The notes beneath the pieces were generated by a model that was not told where the DNA came from, searched no databases, and saw only the letters and a program-made list of their open reading frames with translations. A DNA stretch of 64,000 nucleotides from positions 138,047 to 202,046 of the forward strand of contig CAXXHG010000014.1 of NCBI GenBank assembly GCA_963666315.2, in the 5' to 3' direction. The translations under genes and the position numbers were made by a program. This document shows, piece by piece, positions 1-9,818 of the stretch; within the stretch, counting starts at the first letter, position 1, and each line of letters starts with the position of its first letter. The DNA comes from Candidatus Binatia bacterium (GTDB taxonomy: Bacteria > Desulfobacterota > Binatia > Bin18).

Positions 1-557
1 ATAGCTTGCTGACGGGCACGGATCTCGTGTGCTTGAGCCGATGTACACAGCCATGAGGCCAAGGTGTGCCGGCCGCTTGAGGTACGAGCGGTACACAGCA
101 GCTCAAACGCCGAGCCTGGACCAAAAAGGTCGAGATCAGCAGCATACGGATGGCCGTCTTCCAAGAATTTTGACAAGAATCCTGCCCCAGGCTCCCCGTT
201 TCCTACCCATCGATCTTCAAGGCGGGCGAGTCCTCGGTCGTAAAAGGCGACACTGCGTTCTGCTTGGAGGCGCTGTCGTTTCACCCGTTCATGGGCAATC
301 ACCAGCCCCGCAAAACCCAGGATAACGGGCAGTATCCACCCCCACGAGAGCATGTCTGGCCGGAGGACAAACCACACAAAGCCTAGCCCAGCGAGAAACA
401 CCAGGAGGCGGATATTGCCCATACGGTGCTCAAGCTGGATACAGCGTTGTTGCTCTTTTTGGCGTTCGACAAACCGGCGTGCATACTCGGCATGCGGATC
501 GGCGGGACGAGACGGGAGAGCGGTCTCCCCAGTAGCCTGCGGTAGATCGGCCGACAT
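1..557 (-). CDS. Membrane-anchored MutS-related protein, N-terminal part (runs off the window edge)
   Basis: Manual translation from ATG at 557 gives MSADLPQ..., two TM segments, then HPYAADLDLFGPGSAFELLCTARTSSG..LASWL, typical of the TM-MutS domain V family. Absent from the ORF track because no stop lies inside the window. Confidence 0.75.
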   Translation of the reverse strand, partial: MSADLPQATGETALPSRPADPHAEYARRFVERQKEQQRCIQLEHRMGNIRLLVFLAGLGFVWFVLRPDMLSWGWILPVILGFAGLVIAHERVKRQRLQAERSVAFYDRGLARLEDRWVGNGEPGAGFLSKFLEDGHPYAADLDLFGPGSAFELLCTARTSSGRHTLASWLCTSAQAHEIRARQQA

Positions 558-591
558 GAATTCAGGTCCTTTCAAATAGTGGGCTGAGGAT

Positions 592-1368
592 TTAGAGCAG
601 GCCTAGATACCAGGCGATCAGGGTTTCGCCGACAAAGAGATAACACAACGCGCCGAACGACAAGAAAGGCCCAAACGGTAATGCCAGCTTGGTGTCGGCC
701 TGGCGTCGGATCATGCTTGCGATCCCGATTCCCGATCCGACAAAGGATGCAATCAGCAACGCAAAGGGAACGGAACGCCAGCCCAGGAAGGCTCCGATCA
801 TAGCCAGGAGTTTGATATCTCCACCACCCATGCCTTCCCGTTTTGTAATCAGCCAGTATCCGAGCGCAACGGCTAGCAGGATACCGGCTCCAGCTGCGGC
901 CCCGATCAGCGAATCCCACAACGTCAAGTGCGGAGAAAGAAAGGAAAAGAGCATGCCCACAACAATTCCAGGCAGACTAATGACATCCGGGATGATCTGA
1001 TAATCGACATCAATAAACGTGATGACAACCAGCGCTGCGGCAAAGACGAAGTAGCCCAGCGTACTCACGCTGATACCAAATTGCACAACCAACATCAGGG
1101 CAATGAGGGCAGTCAGGAGCTCGACAAAAAAGTAACGTGAAGAAAACTGGGCGCCACATGCCCGACAGCGTCCGCGCCGAAAAAGATAGGTCAGCAGAGG
1201 GATATTATCATACCAGGCAAGCGGCGTTGGGCAGCTTCGGCAGTGGGATTCTGGGGAGACAATCGACTCCTCAAGTGGCAGCCGATAGATGCATACATTC
1301 AAAAAGCTTCCGATGCAGGCGCCAAACACAAAAGCGAAAGTGAAAACAAGCAGCAGGGGGATCTCCAT
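592..1368 (-). CDS. pilD: Prepilin peptidase (A24)
   Basis: GSFLNVCIYRLP, two CxxC pairs (SHCRSC, GRCRAC) and GMGGGDIKL. Start taken at MEIPLL (1368). Confidence 0.95.
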   Translation of the reverse strand: MEIPLLLVFTFAFVFGACIGSFLNVCIYRLPLEESIVSPESHCRSCPTPLAWYDNIPLLTYLFRRGRCRACGAQFSSRYFFVELLTALIALMLVVQFGISVSTLGYFVFAAALVVITFIDVDYQIIPDVISLPGIVVGMLFSFLSPHLTLWDSLIGAAAGAGILLAVALGYWLITKREGMGGGDIKLLAMIGAFLGWRSVPFALLIASFVGSGIGIASMIRRQADTKLALPFGPFLSFGALCYLFVGETLIAWYLGLL

Positions 1369-1387
1369 GACTAACAATTCGTCTAGT

Positions 1388-1870
1388 CTAATCGATCCGC
1401 ACCCGACCGGCAAGATTTATGACTACGCGCTTTGAAAATTCTCCATCACGAGACGTCAGAGTGAGCGTCATGCCCCCGTCGACATGTCCGCGTGGAACAA
1501 AAATCACATCGCCTCTCGAATTCGCCGCAGAAATGACAACCGTCGCTGGTAGGCGTACATACACCCCGTCGTTTCCTCCATCTCCATGACTGTGGAGGTG
1601 ATGTCCCAGCCATCTACCATTCTCTCTTTTTTCCACCACATATCTATTTGTCCCGGGCTGGAAGGTTACGCGCAAGCGACGATTCCGAGCAATGGCCTGC
1701 ATGCGAACCAGCTGCAGGTCTGACACAATCTGCCGTACCCCGTTATTCAGCGCTGTCCGGTTCAGGAGTGGAGCCAGCTGGAGCGACGTCATACCGGCCA
1801 GCACTCCAAACAGGCTGATTACGAGGAGGAGTTCGAGCAGGGAAAAGCCCTGGACGTCCTGACTACGCAT
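1388..1870 (-). CDS. GspH/FimT-family minor (pseudo)pilin
   Basis: Prepilin cleavage motif QGFSLLELLLV after ATG at 1870; C-terminal VVINLAGRVR. Confidence 0.85.
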   Translation of the reverse strand: MRSQDVQGFSLLELLLVISLFGVLAGMTSLQLAPLLNRTALNNGVRQIVSDLQLVRMQAIARNRRLRVTFQPGTNRYVVEKRENGRWLGHHLHSHGDGGNDGVYVRLPATVVISAANSRGDVIFVPRGHVDGGMTLTLTSRDGEFSKRVVINLAGRVRID

Positions 1871-3305
1871 CGAACTGCTCCGTCCACGACAGGGTGCGCT
1901 GCAGCAAGGTGAGCGCTCGCAGCACGGCCTCACAGCTATAATTGACGGACAGCGGGGTACAGGTGCTGCTCCGGGTGACGCGGTCAAAGTCACGCTTGGG
2001 GTCCGATACGCTGTCGTCCTGTATCACAATGGCTCCTATAATATGCCCACACACATTCGGACCTGTGACTTGCAAATCCCCAGCGTTCAGAAGAACGATA
2101 ATGCCCTGCCAATACAGGATAACATTCTGGAGCCGTACGATCCTCGGAATGACCAAGATCCCAGCTCCACTCACCACACTGCCGCCTGTGAAAGTAAGCG
2201 ATCCTTTGCGGTCTTCTACCCAGGTGATCCGGGGCTGGTCAGCTGCTCGAAAAGTATGCAAACCAGTGCGAATATTTTTTTCAATGTGTAGCACCTGCTC
2301 CGCAGGGAACTCTTCAAGGCGTTGTTGCATATCAGCGAAAGCGGTCTGAAGTTGGAGTCGTTCAGCCGCCGCTAGCCAACGCACAAACGGAACTGGCGTG
2401 GAACCCATGGACCCAATTGAGGTTGGCGTAAAGGGGCCACGATCTTCCGGAGCCTCGGGGAGATGGATGTGGGCAGGCTGGGCTGTGGCACGCAGGACTG
2501 ACGCCGATAGATCAAGTCCGAGAAAGCACGCCGTTTCTTGAGCGGCACAGGTTTCCTCAATAAAACGGGAGAGTGGGGCTGGACCACGGACCCAGGCGAG
2601 ACCCGGAGTACAGGAGCCTAACGCACTACTGCTTCCATCAGCACGGCACGCACGATTTGCCCATCTTACAATTTTTTGTTTCAGGCTGTTGAGCGCATTG
2701 ATGAGGTCAGTCTGCGCCCCGACCTGGCTTACGGCAAAAGGTGCGATGTCGGGACAAAGAGGTGACAACGTCCCATCGGCTGCGTGATTCCTACCATCAA
2801 CGCTAAAGTCCGGGATGCGATGGCCCGAACCTGCCGGGCTTGATGCAGCATCTGTAAAATCCGAATGTAGCCCATCTCCGATACTCGTAACCACACCCAG
2901 CGGTATAAACTACGGGATGTGGACAACCTCTTCGACCACACGACGGGACGCGTGGTGGCCCTGTCCGATGGCCGTAATTCTGTACCGCCCATCATCCAAG
3001 TCTTCGATCTGGACAGTATAGATCCCAGCGCCGAGGGCCTCAGGACCAATAGCAATAGGAAATGCGGCCCCTGGCAGATTGTTCTCCAGCCAATTTTTAC
3101 CCACTTCTGCACCAGCCTGTGCAAGCCACAAGGCTTGCACCCCACTCAGCAGATTTTGCGAGACAAACAGGTCAGCCCGGCTCAAAATGGTCCCGCTACC
3201 CCCAATGGCGGCGAGCAAGGTCATAAGAATAAGGGTGGAGAGCAAGGCAACGCCCTGCTCTGAACGGAGAGCTGCGGGGATCAGCTTTCTGATAGCGTCT
3301 CGCAT
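1863..3305 (-). pseudogene. PilX-like minor pilin interrupted by an in-frame TAG (2910-2912)
   Basis: ORF 2910..3305 has EQGVALLSTLILM..QALWLAQAG (PilX N-terminus) and is in the same frame as ORF 1863..2894. Read-through gives ...VVHIP*FIPLGVVTSIGDG. Confidence 0.6.
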
Positions 3306-3312
3306 CTGGCCT

Positions 3313-4027
3313 CTAGCTGGGAGGGTTGGACAGAAAGACTGCCGAGCCTAACTCAGCCGCAATCGGCTGTGTCACACCGCGGTCAGGATGTTGGCGCGCT
3401 GTTCGGATGACAATATCGATGAGAAAGACGGCGGCTCGTGCGTCGCCATCCAAGGGCGGAAGGAGTTCGGTTCCATCCCGGTCGAAATAGGACAAGAGAA
3501 ATCCATCAGGAGGCGTATCGCCAATAAAGGGTTGGGGGCTGCCCCGGCCCGTCGCGCGACGCAGCATCTGCGCATCGGCATCATACGGTATACAGCACCC
3601 GTTCGCTCGGGTCGTCTGGACAGCCGTCTGGGGCTGAGCCAAAACGATCACCCCGAAAATCATATTGCATACTCACCGTCTGCTCATCAGCCACCACCAG
3701 CCGCTCAAAACCTTCACAGGCTCCGCCCCGAACGGGTCGAGCGCCGGCCATGCGTAGCTCTCTGACCAAAAAATCAATTGCCAACCGACTACTCTCGCGT
3801 ACGCTCAAGCGCACGGTTTCGGCCTGCAGGACCTGCACATTGAAACGGAAGAAGCCATACAACGCCAGAAAAAAGACGCCGACAATGCCCAGCGAAACAA
3901 TGATCTCAAGCAGGGTCCAGCCAGCTCCGGACCAACAGGACTGACGACCAGGAAAGCAGCCCTGCCACGCATCCGAAGAACTGTCGTTATGCCTTTTCCC
4001 GGCGAGTAGTCCGTGTTTCAAAAACAC
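3313..4027 (-). CDS. PilW-like minor pilin, frameshifted near 3587
   Basis: AGWTLLEIIVSL and LVRELRMAG motifs. ERVLYT joins YDADAQMLRR in the other frame if one base is removed. Confidence 0.7.
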
Positions 4028-4061
4028 TGCAAGGTCTCCTGAAGATCTCCTGCGTTTCTCT

Positions 4062-4420
4062 CTACTGATTGACGACCGTCACAAGAGTCACACTGTGGGG
4101 CTGAGGATCAGACCAAGAAACGGTGACATCAATCCGGGCCACGCCGCTCTCCGGTGTATCGAAAGAGACCTGCCAGCTCCTGACGAAACCTGCTTGTCGC
4201 GTATCGCTCCCGTCTCGAAGCGGTTCAAACTCGGCGCGGAATTCTTCTAATTTGTCTTGAGCGAGGATCATTTCCTGGGTGAGACGGTCACTCACGTGTC
4301 CCGCCCGGATGACCGCCACCGCCCCTGCCGACAAACTCAGGGATGCAATGGCAAAGATCGCCATAGCGACAAGGACTTCGATAAAAGAATATCCTGATGA
4401 TATAGAATTCAGAACATTCT
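4062..4420 (-). CDS. PilV-like minor pilin (start uncertain)
   Basis: In-frame upstream of ORF 4062..4364 lies SGYSFIEVLVAMAIFAI; also LAQDKLE and IDVTVSW motifs. No canonical start codon in frame upstream of the cleavage motif. Confidence 0.7.
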
Positions 4421-4578
4421 TTCTTAGAATGCAAATTTTTCCTTCCTACATCAGTATCGCCGCTGGCAAGAGCCTGGGCCAGAATGGGCTTTTGGGATAG
4501 GCGCTGAGCGCTCGCATTGCATCCGCCAATGAGACAGCATAATTTGCAGGGAAATATCTCTGAGAGAGGAAACGATCC

Positions 4579-5013
4579 ATGCCGCATGAAACACTGTTCA
4601 AATTTCTATACCCTAACACTCTCCTGCGTGAATACGAATATTGGGCAGTTTTGCTCCGCCCGAAGCAGGTGACTCTCGGCTCGCTGGTCTTAGTCTGCAC
4701 GGCAGACGCCACCAGTATGGCCGACGTATCAGCACCCGCCTTTGCTGAACTGCACACGGTGACTGCAGATCTGGAAGGGGTACTCAAAAAGGCGTTTACC
4801 TTTGACAAGATCAACTATCTCTTACTCATGATGGTAGACAAACACGTCCACTTTCACATTATTCCACGTTATGCTGATGCGCGGACTGCGTGTGGGGTTG
4901 AGTTCATCGATACCGCCTGGCCGAAGCCGCCGGATGTGACCCAAGCCGTAGATTTGACAGACGAACAGTTTACGGAATTACTCAGACGGCTGCGTGCTTC
5001 TTGGCCGCAGTAG
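4579..5013 (+). CDS. HIT family nucleotide hydrolase
   Basis: Histidine triad HVHFHIIPRY; RBS-like GAGG upstream. Confidence 0.9.
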   Translation: MPHETLFKFLYPNTLLREYEYWAVLLRPKQVTLGSLVLVCTADATSMADVSAPAFAELHTVTADLEGVLKKAFTFDKINYLLLMMVDKHVHFHIIPRYADARTACGVEFIDTAWPKPPDVTQAVDLTDEQFTELLRRLRASWPQ

Positions 5014-5422
5014 AAGGCCAGTCTGCACTGAGAGCGTGTCCAAAAAGTACATTCTGGGCGCCGTCCGGCTGCAAGCAGCATGCCCAGCGTTGCCCTGCAT
5101 CGCCATATCACAGCGGTATAGCTGCTTCGGGCGCCTTGGTCATGCTACTTTCGCTCGGGCTTTGGCCACAGAGACACTTATTAGACACGCTCTGAGAGGT
5201 ACGCACGCCACACTCACGCTCCGTCTTTTTTCCATGTTATGCCACCGAACACGATGTGATTTTTCAGGCTACGTTTTCTTTTATATAATATCCTATTGGC
5301 CGGCTGCCCCTCTTCCTCTCTTGCTTACTCAGCGCCTACTGGACGAAGACGAATTCCAGCACGAAATAAATTTCACGCAGGGGGGTTGCAAAATTCGTCC
5401 TAACAGCTAGTAACTTGAACTT

Positions 5423-5743
5423 ATGATGAATGCTGCTGTGGACGTGTTGGTGGTGGATGCGGAAGGCGGCGAGCAGCAGCCTCGCTATTCGTCGCATAGC
5501 CCGTTTAAAGGACTGCTCCGTGATGTACTGTCCGACGCCTTCGTCGTGCGGGACCTCGCACGGAAAGGTAACAAGATGTTTGTCACTCAGCTTGAGATGG
5601 ATCGCACCTGGTTCCAATCGAGAGATGAGAGTCCGTTCAGCTATTTGTGGATCTGTCAGCATCTTGGTCTTGATCCACTAAAAATTCGGACGCTCTACTT
5701 CTCGTTGGACGCAGTGACCATCCCACGCTGGTGGGCTGCATAA
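5423..5743 (+). CDS. Hypothetical protein
   Basis: 106-aa ORF with a WF...PFSYLWICQHLGLDP segment, in an otherwise free intergenic space and followed by a hairpin. Confidence 0.6.
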   Translation: MMNAAVDVLVVDAEGGEQQPRYSSHSPFKGLLRDVLSDAFVVRDLARKGNKMFVTQLEMDRTWFQSRDESPFSYLWICQHLGLDPLKIRTLYFSLDAVTIPRWWAA

Positions 5744-5772
5744 CGGGTTGCTCACCCTGTGTGTGTAGAATA

Positions 5773-5802
5773 GGGGGGAAGCGGACCGGCTCCTTCCCCT
5801 CC
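5773..5802. terminator. GC-rich hairpin between convergent genes, probable terminator
   Basis: GGGGGGAAG...CTTCCCCTCC inverted repeat between ORF 5423..5743 (+) and the ETF gene (-). Confidence 0.5.
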
Positions 5803-5825
5803 TCAGTGGCGACACAACGTCGAAC

Positions 5826-7670
5826 CTAGGAACGGCCCCTTGCGCGCCCGAGCGCTTCCGTCAGGAGGGGTACCACCTGTGCGTAGTCTCCAACTATGCC
5901 CAGATCGGCCGTCTTAAAAATCGGCGCTTTGGCTTTGGTATTAATTGCGACTATGGTCCCCGCTTTGCGGAGTCCGACGGTGTGTTCAAAGGCGCCGCGT
6001 ATGCCAATTGCAAAATAGAGCTTGGGCGCAATCGCCCGCCCAGTAAGGCCTACCTGGTGTTGCCGAGGCAACCAGCCTAAGTCAGAGATATCCCGCGTCG
6101 AGGCCAGTGGGGCTCCACCCAACACCTCTGCCAGTTCTTCAATCATGGGCAGATTCTCCGGCCCGCCCATTCCCTTCCCCACTCCGATAGCGATTTCCGC
6201 TGAGTCGAGCGCCGCCGCTTTCGCTGCGTCAGCACCTGTTTGTGACACGAGCTTCACCCGGCTGTGTACGGCGGCATCAAGTGTGAGCATTTCGATCCGC
6301 GCCTGGCGGCTCGGATCGGGTCGGGCCTTGATCAGCATGCCCGGACGGACGGTTGCCATTTCGGGCGTCGTCTTGGACAAAACCGGTGCAACAATATTAC
6401 CGCCAAAAGCAGGTTTGAGCTGTAAGAGCTGGCCTTGGTCGTTGACCTCAAGACCAACACAATCGCCGGTGAGTCCCAACCCAAGCCGGGCGGCAACACG
6501 TGGGGCGAGGTCGCGGCCAACCGCGGTTGAGCCGAGCAGGACGACCTTCGGCTTGTGGTTTTGAATCGCGTCGGTCAAGACCGCCGTATACAGCTCGGTA
6601 TCATACGAGGCCAATCGCACGTTGTCGGCGCGGTACATAACGTCCACCCCGTGAATTGCTAGGGTAGCGATATGCGCATCCACTCCACTGCCGATCAAAA
6701 CTGCGCCGACTTCTCCGCCGTAGTGCGCCGCCAGCTCGACGGCTTTGCCTAAAAGCTCAAGACTCACCGGTCGCAAAGCATCCCCGAGTATCTCGGCAAC
6801 AACCCATACCGCCTTGCCCGGCTCGGGCGTCCCTGTTCGTTGCCGCCCTGCGACAGCATCCCCATCACCCGCCCACGTTCCGAACAGACCACGTTCTAAG
6901 AGAACCTGGACCACCGTGTCAACTTGTTCTGATAGTTCCCCTTCAAGCACGCGGCCCTCACGGCTGTCCTCAACTGTTTGAACAGATTCGACCCACGTCG
7001 GCGAACCCGCCGCTCCGAATTGGGACAAGTCGGACGACAGGTCGCCGGCCGTGACGGTTTGAATAGGGTGCTCCTTAGCCGCTTCTCGCTCAGCTCTCTT
7101 GGGGAACCGCTCCGGAGCCAGATCCTCTGTGGCCGAAATGAGCGCGGGCAGAGGGCATTCCAGCATGTCAAAACCACTATCCGTCTCGCGCTCAACCGTA
7201 ATCGTTTTGCCATCATCGTTGAGGGTCAATTTCCCGACACCCGTGACCTGGGGAATATTCAGCATTTCAGCAATTTCCGGTCCCACCTGGCCGGTTTCCG
7301 CATCCGTGCTATGGCGCCCACATAAAATGAGATCATAGCCTTCTTTTTCGCTTGCGAGTGCTAAAGCACGCGCGGTCGCAAGCGTGTCTGCCCCGGCAAA
7401 TGCCCGGTCCGTGAGGTGCACCACCCGGTCCGCACCGAGGGCCAAACAGTGCCGCAGAGCCTCTTCAGCTTGCGGCGGCCCCATGGTCAGGGCGACGACT
7501 TCTCCGCCATGCGTCTCGCGCAGTTCGAGCGCTTTCAGCAACCCACGTACATCAAACGAACTGACCTCCGACGGCACCCCCTCACGCTGGAGCGTTTTCG
7601 TCTCGGGGTCGAGCTTCATGGCCGAAACTACCGGCACTTGCTTCACCAACACAATTATTTTCATAGACAC
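5826..7670 (-). CDS. Fused electron transfer flavoprotein beta+alpha subunit
   Basis: N-terminal EtfB motifs (KQVP, GADTLATA, TDAETGQVG) and C-terminal EtfA motifs (GLTGDC, PAFGGN, QVGLTG, LYFAIGIRGAFEH, VAIN) in one 614-aa ORF. Confidence 0.9.
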   Translation of the reverse strand: MSMKIIVLVKQVPVVSAMKLDPETKTLQREGVPSEVSSFDVRGLLKALELRETHGGEVVALTMGPPQAEEALRHCLALGADRVVHLTDRAFAGADTLATARALALASEKEGYDLILCGRHSTDAETGQVGPEIAEMLNIPQVTGVGKLTLNDDGKTITVERETDSGFDMLECPLPALISATEDLAPERFPKRAEREAAKEHPIQTVTAGDLSSDLSQFGAAGSPTWVESVQTVEDSREGRVLEGELSEQVDTVVQVLLERGLFGTWAGDGDAVAGRQRTGTPEPGKAVWVVAEILGDALRPVSLELLGKAVELAAHYGGEVGAVLIGSGVDAHIATLAIHGVDVMYRADNVRLASYDTELYTAVLTDAIQNHKPKVVLLGSTAVGRDLAPRVAARLGLGLTGDCVGLEVNDQGQLLQLKPAFGGNIVAPVLSKTTPEMATVRPGMLIKARPDPSRQARIEMLTLDAAVHSRVKLVSQTGADAAKAAALDSAEIAIGVGKGMGGPENLPMIEELAEVLGGAPLASTRDISDLGWLPRQHQVGLTGRAIAPKLYFAIGIRGAFEHTVGLRKAGTIVAINTKAKAPIFKTADLGIVGDYAQVVPLLTEALGRARGRS

Positions 7671-7832
7671 AGCCGCTCCTTGGATAAAAGAAGTGGACGG
7701 CAGCCTATCGTGCTTGTCGGCGCAGCGTCAACCAACCAGGCTTAACGCGGTCGCCTACGCCACCTCTTCTGGAACTGAAAGGTATCGATACGTCTGCCAT
7801 CCGGATCGAACAGAAAGGCCGTATCTGCGTCG

Positions 7833-8318
7833 TTATTCCAAATCGGAGATCGCGCGTTCCAATGAAAGATGAGTTGTCCGCCCCGGCGTGTACTCGTTCA
7901 CAGGCAGACTGTAGTAAACAACAATCTTGCGCTCTTTAAACCACCAGCGACCTTCGTCTTTGATGAATTTGTCATCATAGCGGCCAAAGACGATCATGGG
8001 CTTATCGGTCGACTTTGTGATCGCGTCCGCATCCAGATAGCAGGTCGAGGTCGCCTCGTTGCCCGTAACTTCGATCACTGGTGATTCAATCTTGTGCCGT
8101 AAAAAGCGCACGCCCGCCCGGAGCGTATTGTCGTATTTCGCATACCAGCCTTTGACCGCGTCTCGGCCTTCATACCGCTCGTCACTTTCATAGACTGGAA
8201 GCAGGACTGCGTCTTTGTGGAACAGGTCGCCGATTTCGTCTACCGTGCCACGGTCTACCACATGGCAATACTTGTGCAGCACCTGTTGGATAGCCACAAT
8301 ATCGTCAGCGTTTGACAT
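7833..8318 (-). CDS. SnoaL-like / NTF2-family protein
   Basis: DIVAIQQVLHKYCHVVD...GRYDDKF...GRWWFKER pattern. Confidence 0.85.
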   Translation of the reverse strand: MSNADDIVAIQQVLHKYCHVVDRGTVDEIGDLFHKDAVLLPVYESDERYEGRDAVKGWYAKYDNTLRAGVRFLRHKIESPVIEVTGNEATSTCYLDADAITKSTDKPMIVFGRYDDKFIKDEGRWWFKERKIVVYYSLPVNEYTPGRTTHLSLERAISDLE

Positions 8319-8363
8319 GGTGCATCCTCTTTCCTGCTTCAGATTACCGTTTCGATTCTTGGC

Positions 8364-9221
8364 CTATTCTCTCCGGCCGCGTATGCGCATGAGTTCGTTG
8401 ATCGTCAGGTCGATGTCTTCATCGCGCAGCAGCGGCGCGGCAATGCGCTTGCGCCGCACGGCGTCAAGGCTGATTTCGGCGGTCACAAAATCTTCCTCAT
8501 AATACTGCCCCTTGGCCAGGCATTGCCCAAACGGGTCGATGATCTCAGAGCCGCCCCAGAAGCCGACGCCGTCCTCAAAACCGACCCGGTTGGCGTAGAT
8601 CACAAACACGCCAAACGTTTCGGCATAGGCGCGGTTGATCGACTCCCAATAGCGCGCGTTCTCATCCTGCTCTTTATCGTCGGCAATGCCGCGCAACGGA
8701 CTCGACGAAGGACAGACAATCACCAGCGCCTGATCCAGCGCGGCAATATAGGCGGTTGACGGGTGCCACAGATCTTCACACACCAGGATTGCAGCTCGTC
8801 CAAAAGGCGTCTCAAAGGCGCGGATTCGATCTCCCCGGGCGTAATAGCGCTGTTCATCAAACATGCCATACGTCGGCAAATAGACCTTTCGGTGGACGTG
8901 TTGGATGTCTCCGTCACTCAGATACAGCGCCGTGTTATAGAAGCGAATGTCTGCGCTCTCCTCAACCAAGCCAGCTATAAAGGGAACAGACCGGCTGAGC
9001 TCCTTGAGCCGCGTGATCTCAGCTGCGTCTTCACGCAACGCTACCGTAGCCACCATGTCACGCAAGTGGTAGCCGGTGAGACTCAGCTCGGGAAAGACGA
9101 GCAAATCAACCCCTTCCTCTTGAGCCCGGGCGATATGCTGTTCATACATGGCCAGGTTCGCCGCCACATCTCCGAGGCGAGGACTGATCTGGGCGATGCC
9201 GATTTTGGAGTGTGTTTTCAC
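8364..9221 (-). CDS. Carbon-nitrogen hydrolase (nitrilase superfamily, resembling the NAD synthetase glutaminase domain)
   Basis: Catalytic E-K-C triad in FPELSLTGY, RKVYLPTYGMFDEQRY and VCEDLW. Confidence 0.88.
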   Translation of the reverse strand: MKTHSKIGIAQISPRLGDVAANLAMYEQHIARAQEEGVDLLVFPELSLTGYHLRDMVATVALREDAAEITRLKELSRSVPFIAGLVEESADIRFYNTALYLSDGDIQHVHRKVYLPTYGMFDEQRYYARGDRIRAFETPFGRAAILVCEDLWHPSTAYIAALDQALVIVCPSSSPLRGIADDKEQDENARYWESINRAYAETFGVFVIYANRVGFEDGVGFWGGSEIIDPFGQCLAKGQYYEEDFVTAEISLDAVRRKRIAAPLLRDEDIDLTINELMRIRGRRE

Positions 9222-9258
9222 GTTAGCGCTGTCTGAGGACGATTGTCGTTTGTAATTA

Positions 9259-9783
9259 TTAGGCCTGCCCCAATAGACTGCGTATCCATTTGACTAGGGT
9301 GCGCCATATATTCACCAGCGCACCTTGTTTGACCTCTTCATGCGGTATGGCTTGGATTTCCGCTTCCATGGCGGTGAAGAATTGTCCAATCAGCATCTTG
9401 GCTACACCGCCAACCATACGCTGGCCAACACTGGCCAGTAGCCCGCCGATTTGGATATCGCCGTGATAGGTCAATAGGGTCTGGCCATCTTGTTCCTCTA
9501 AATCCACTGTCCCTGAGCCCTTGAGAAACCCTTGTTTGCCCTTGCCATCCAGGTTGAGCTTATAGTGAGACGGCGGCTGGATCTCCTCCATTTTGACTTT
9601 GCCGTTGTACACGCCCTTTACCGCCGCCACTCCGACCTTGATCACACCACTATATTCATTCTCGCCGATCTCTTCTAAGCTCTCGCAGCCGGGCATACAT
9701 TTGGCGAGCTGATTTGGGTCGATCAGAAAATTCCAGACTTTCTGTTGGGAGGCTAGAATGGTTCGTGTGCCGTTGAGTATCAT
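9259..9783 (-). CDS. CoxG / SRPBCC family protein
   Basis: VWNFLIDP..LAKCMPGCESL...IGGLLASVGQRM pattern. Confidence 0.85.
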   Translation of the reverse strand: MILNGTRTILASQQKVWNFLIDPNQLAKCMPGCESLEEIGENEYSGVIKVGVAAVKGVYNGKVKMEEIQPPSHYKLNLDGKGKQGFLKGSGTVDLEEQDGQTLLTYHGDIQIGGLLASVGQRMVGGVAKMLIGQFFTAMEAEIQAIPHEEVKQGALVNIWRTLVKWIRSLLGQA

Positions 9784-9818
9784 GGCTGCTGTCCTACTCT
9801 TGCTGAAAACCCTGGCTG

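Noticed and set aside
2910-2912. Pyrrolysine recoding of the TAG in the pilX-like gene
   Set aside because: No pyl genes in the window, many genes here use TAG as a normal stop, and the position is not catalytic. Kept only as an unlikely alternative.
9259-9783. Aerobic CO dehydrogenase locus
   Set aside because: CoxG-like gene only; no coxL, coxM or coxS nearby.
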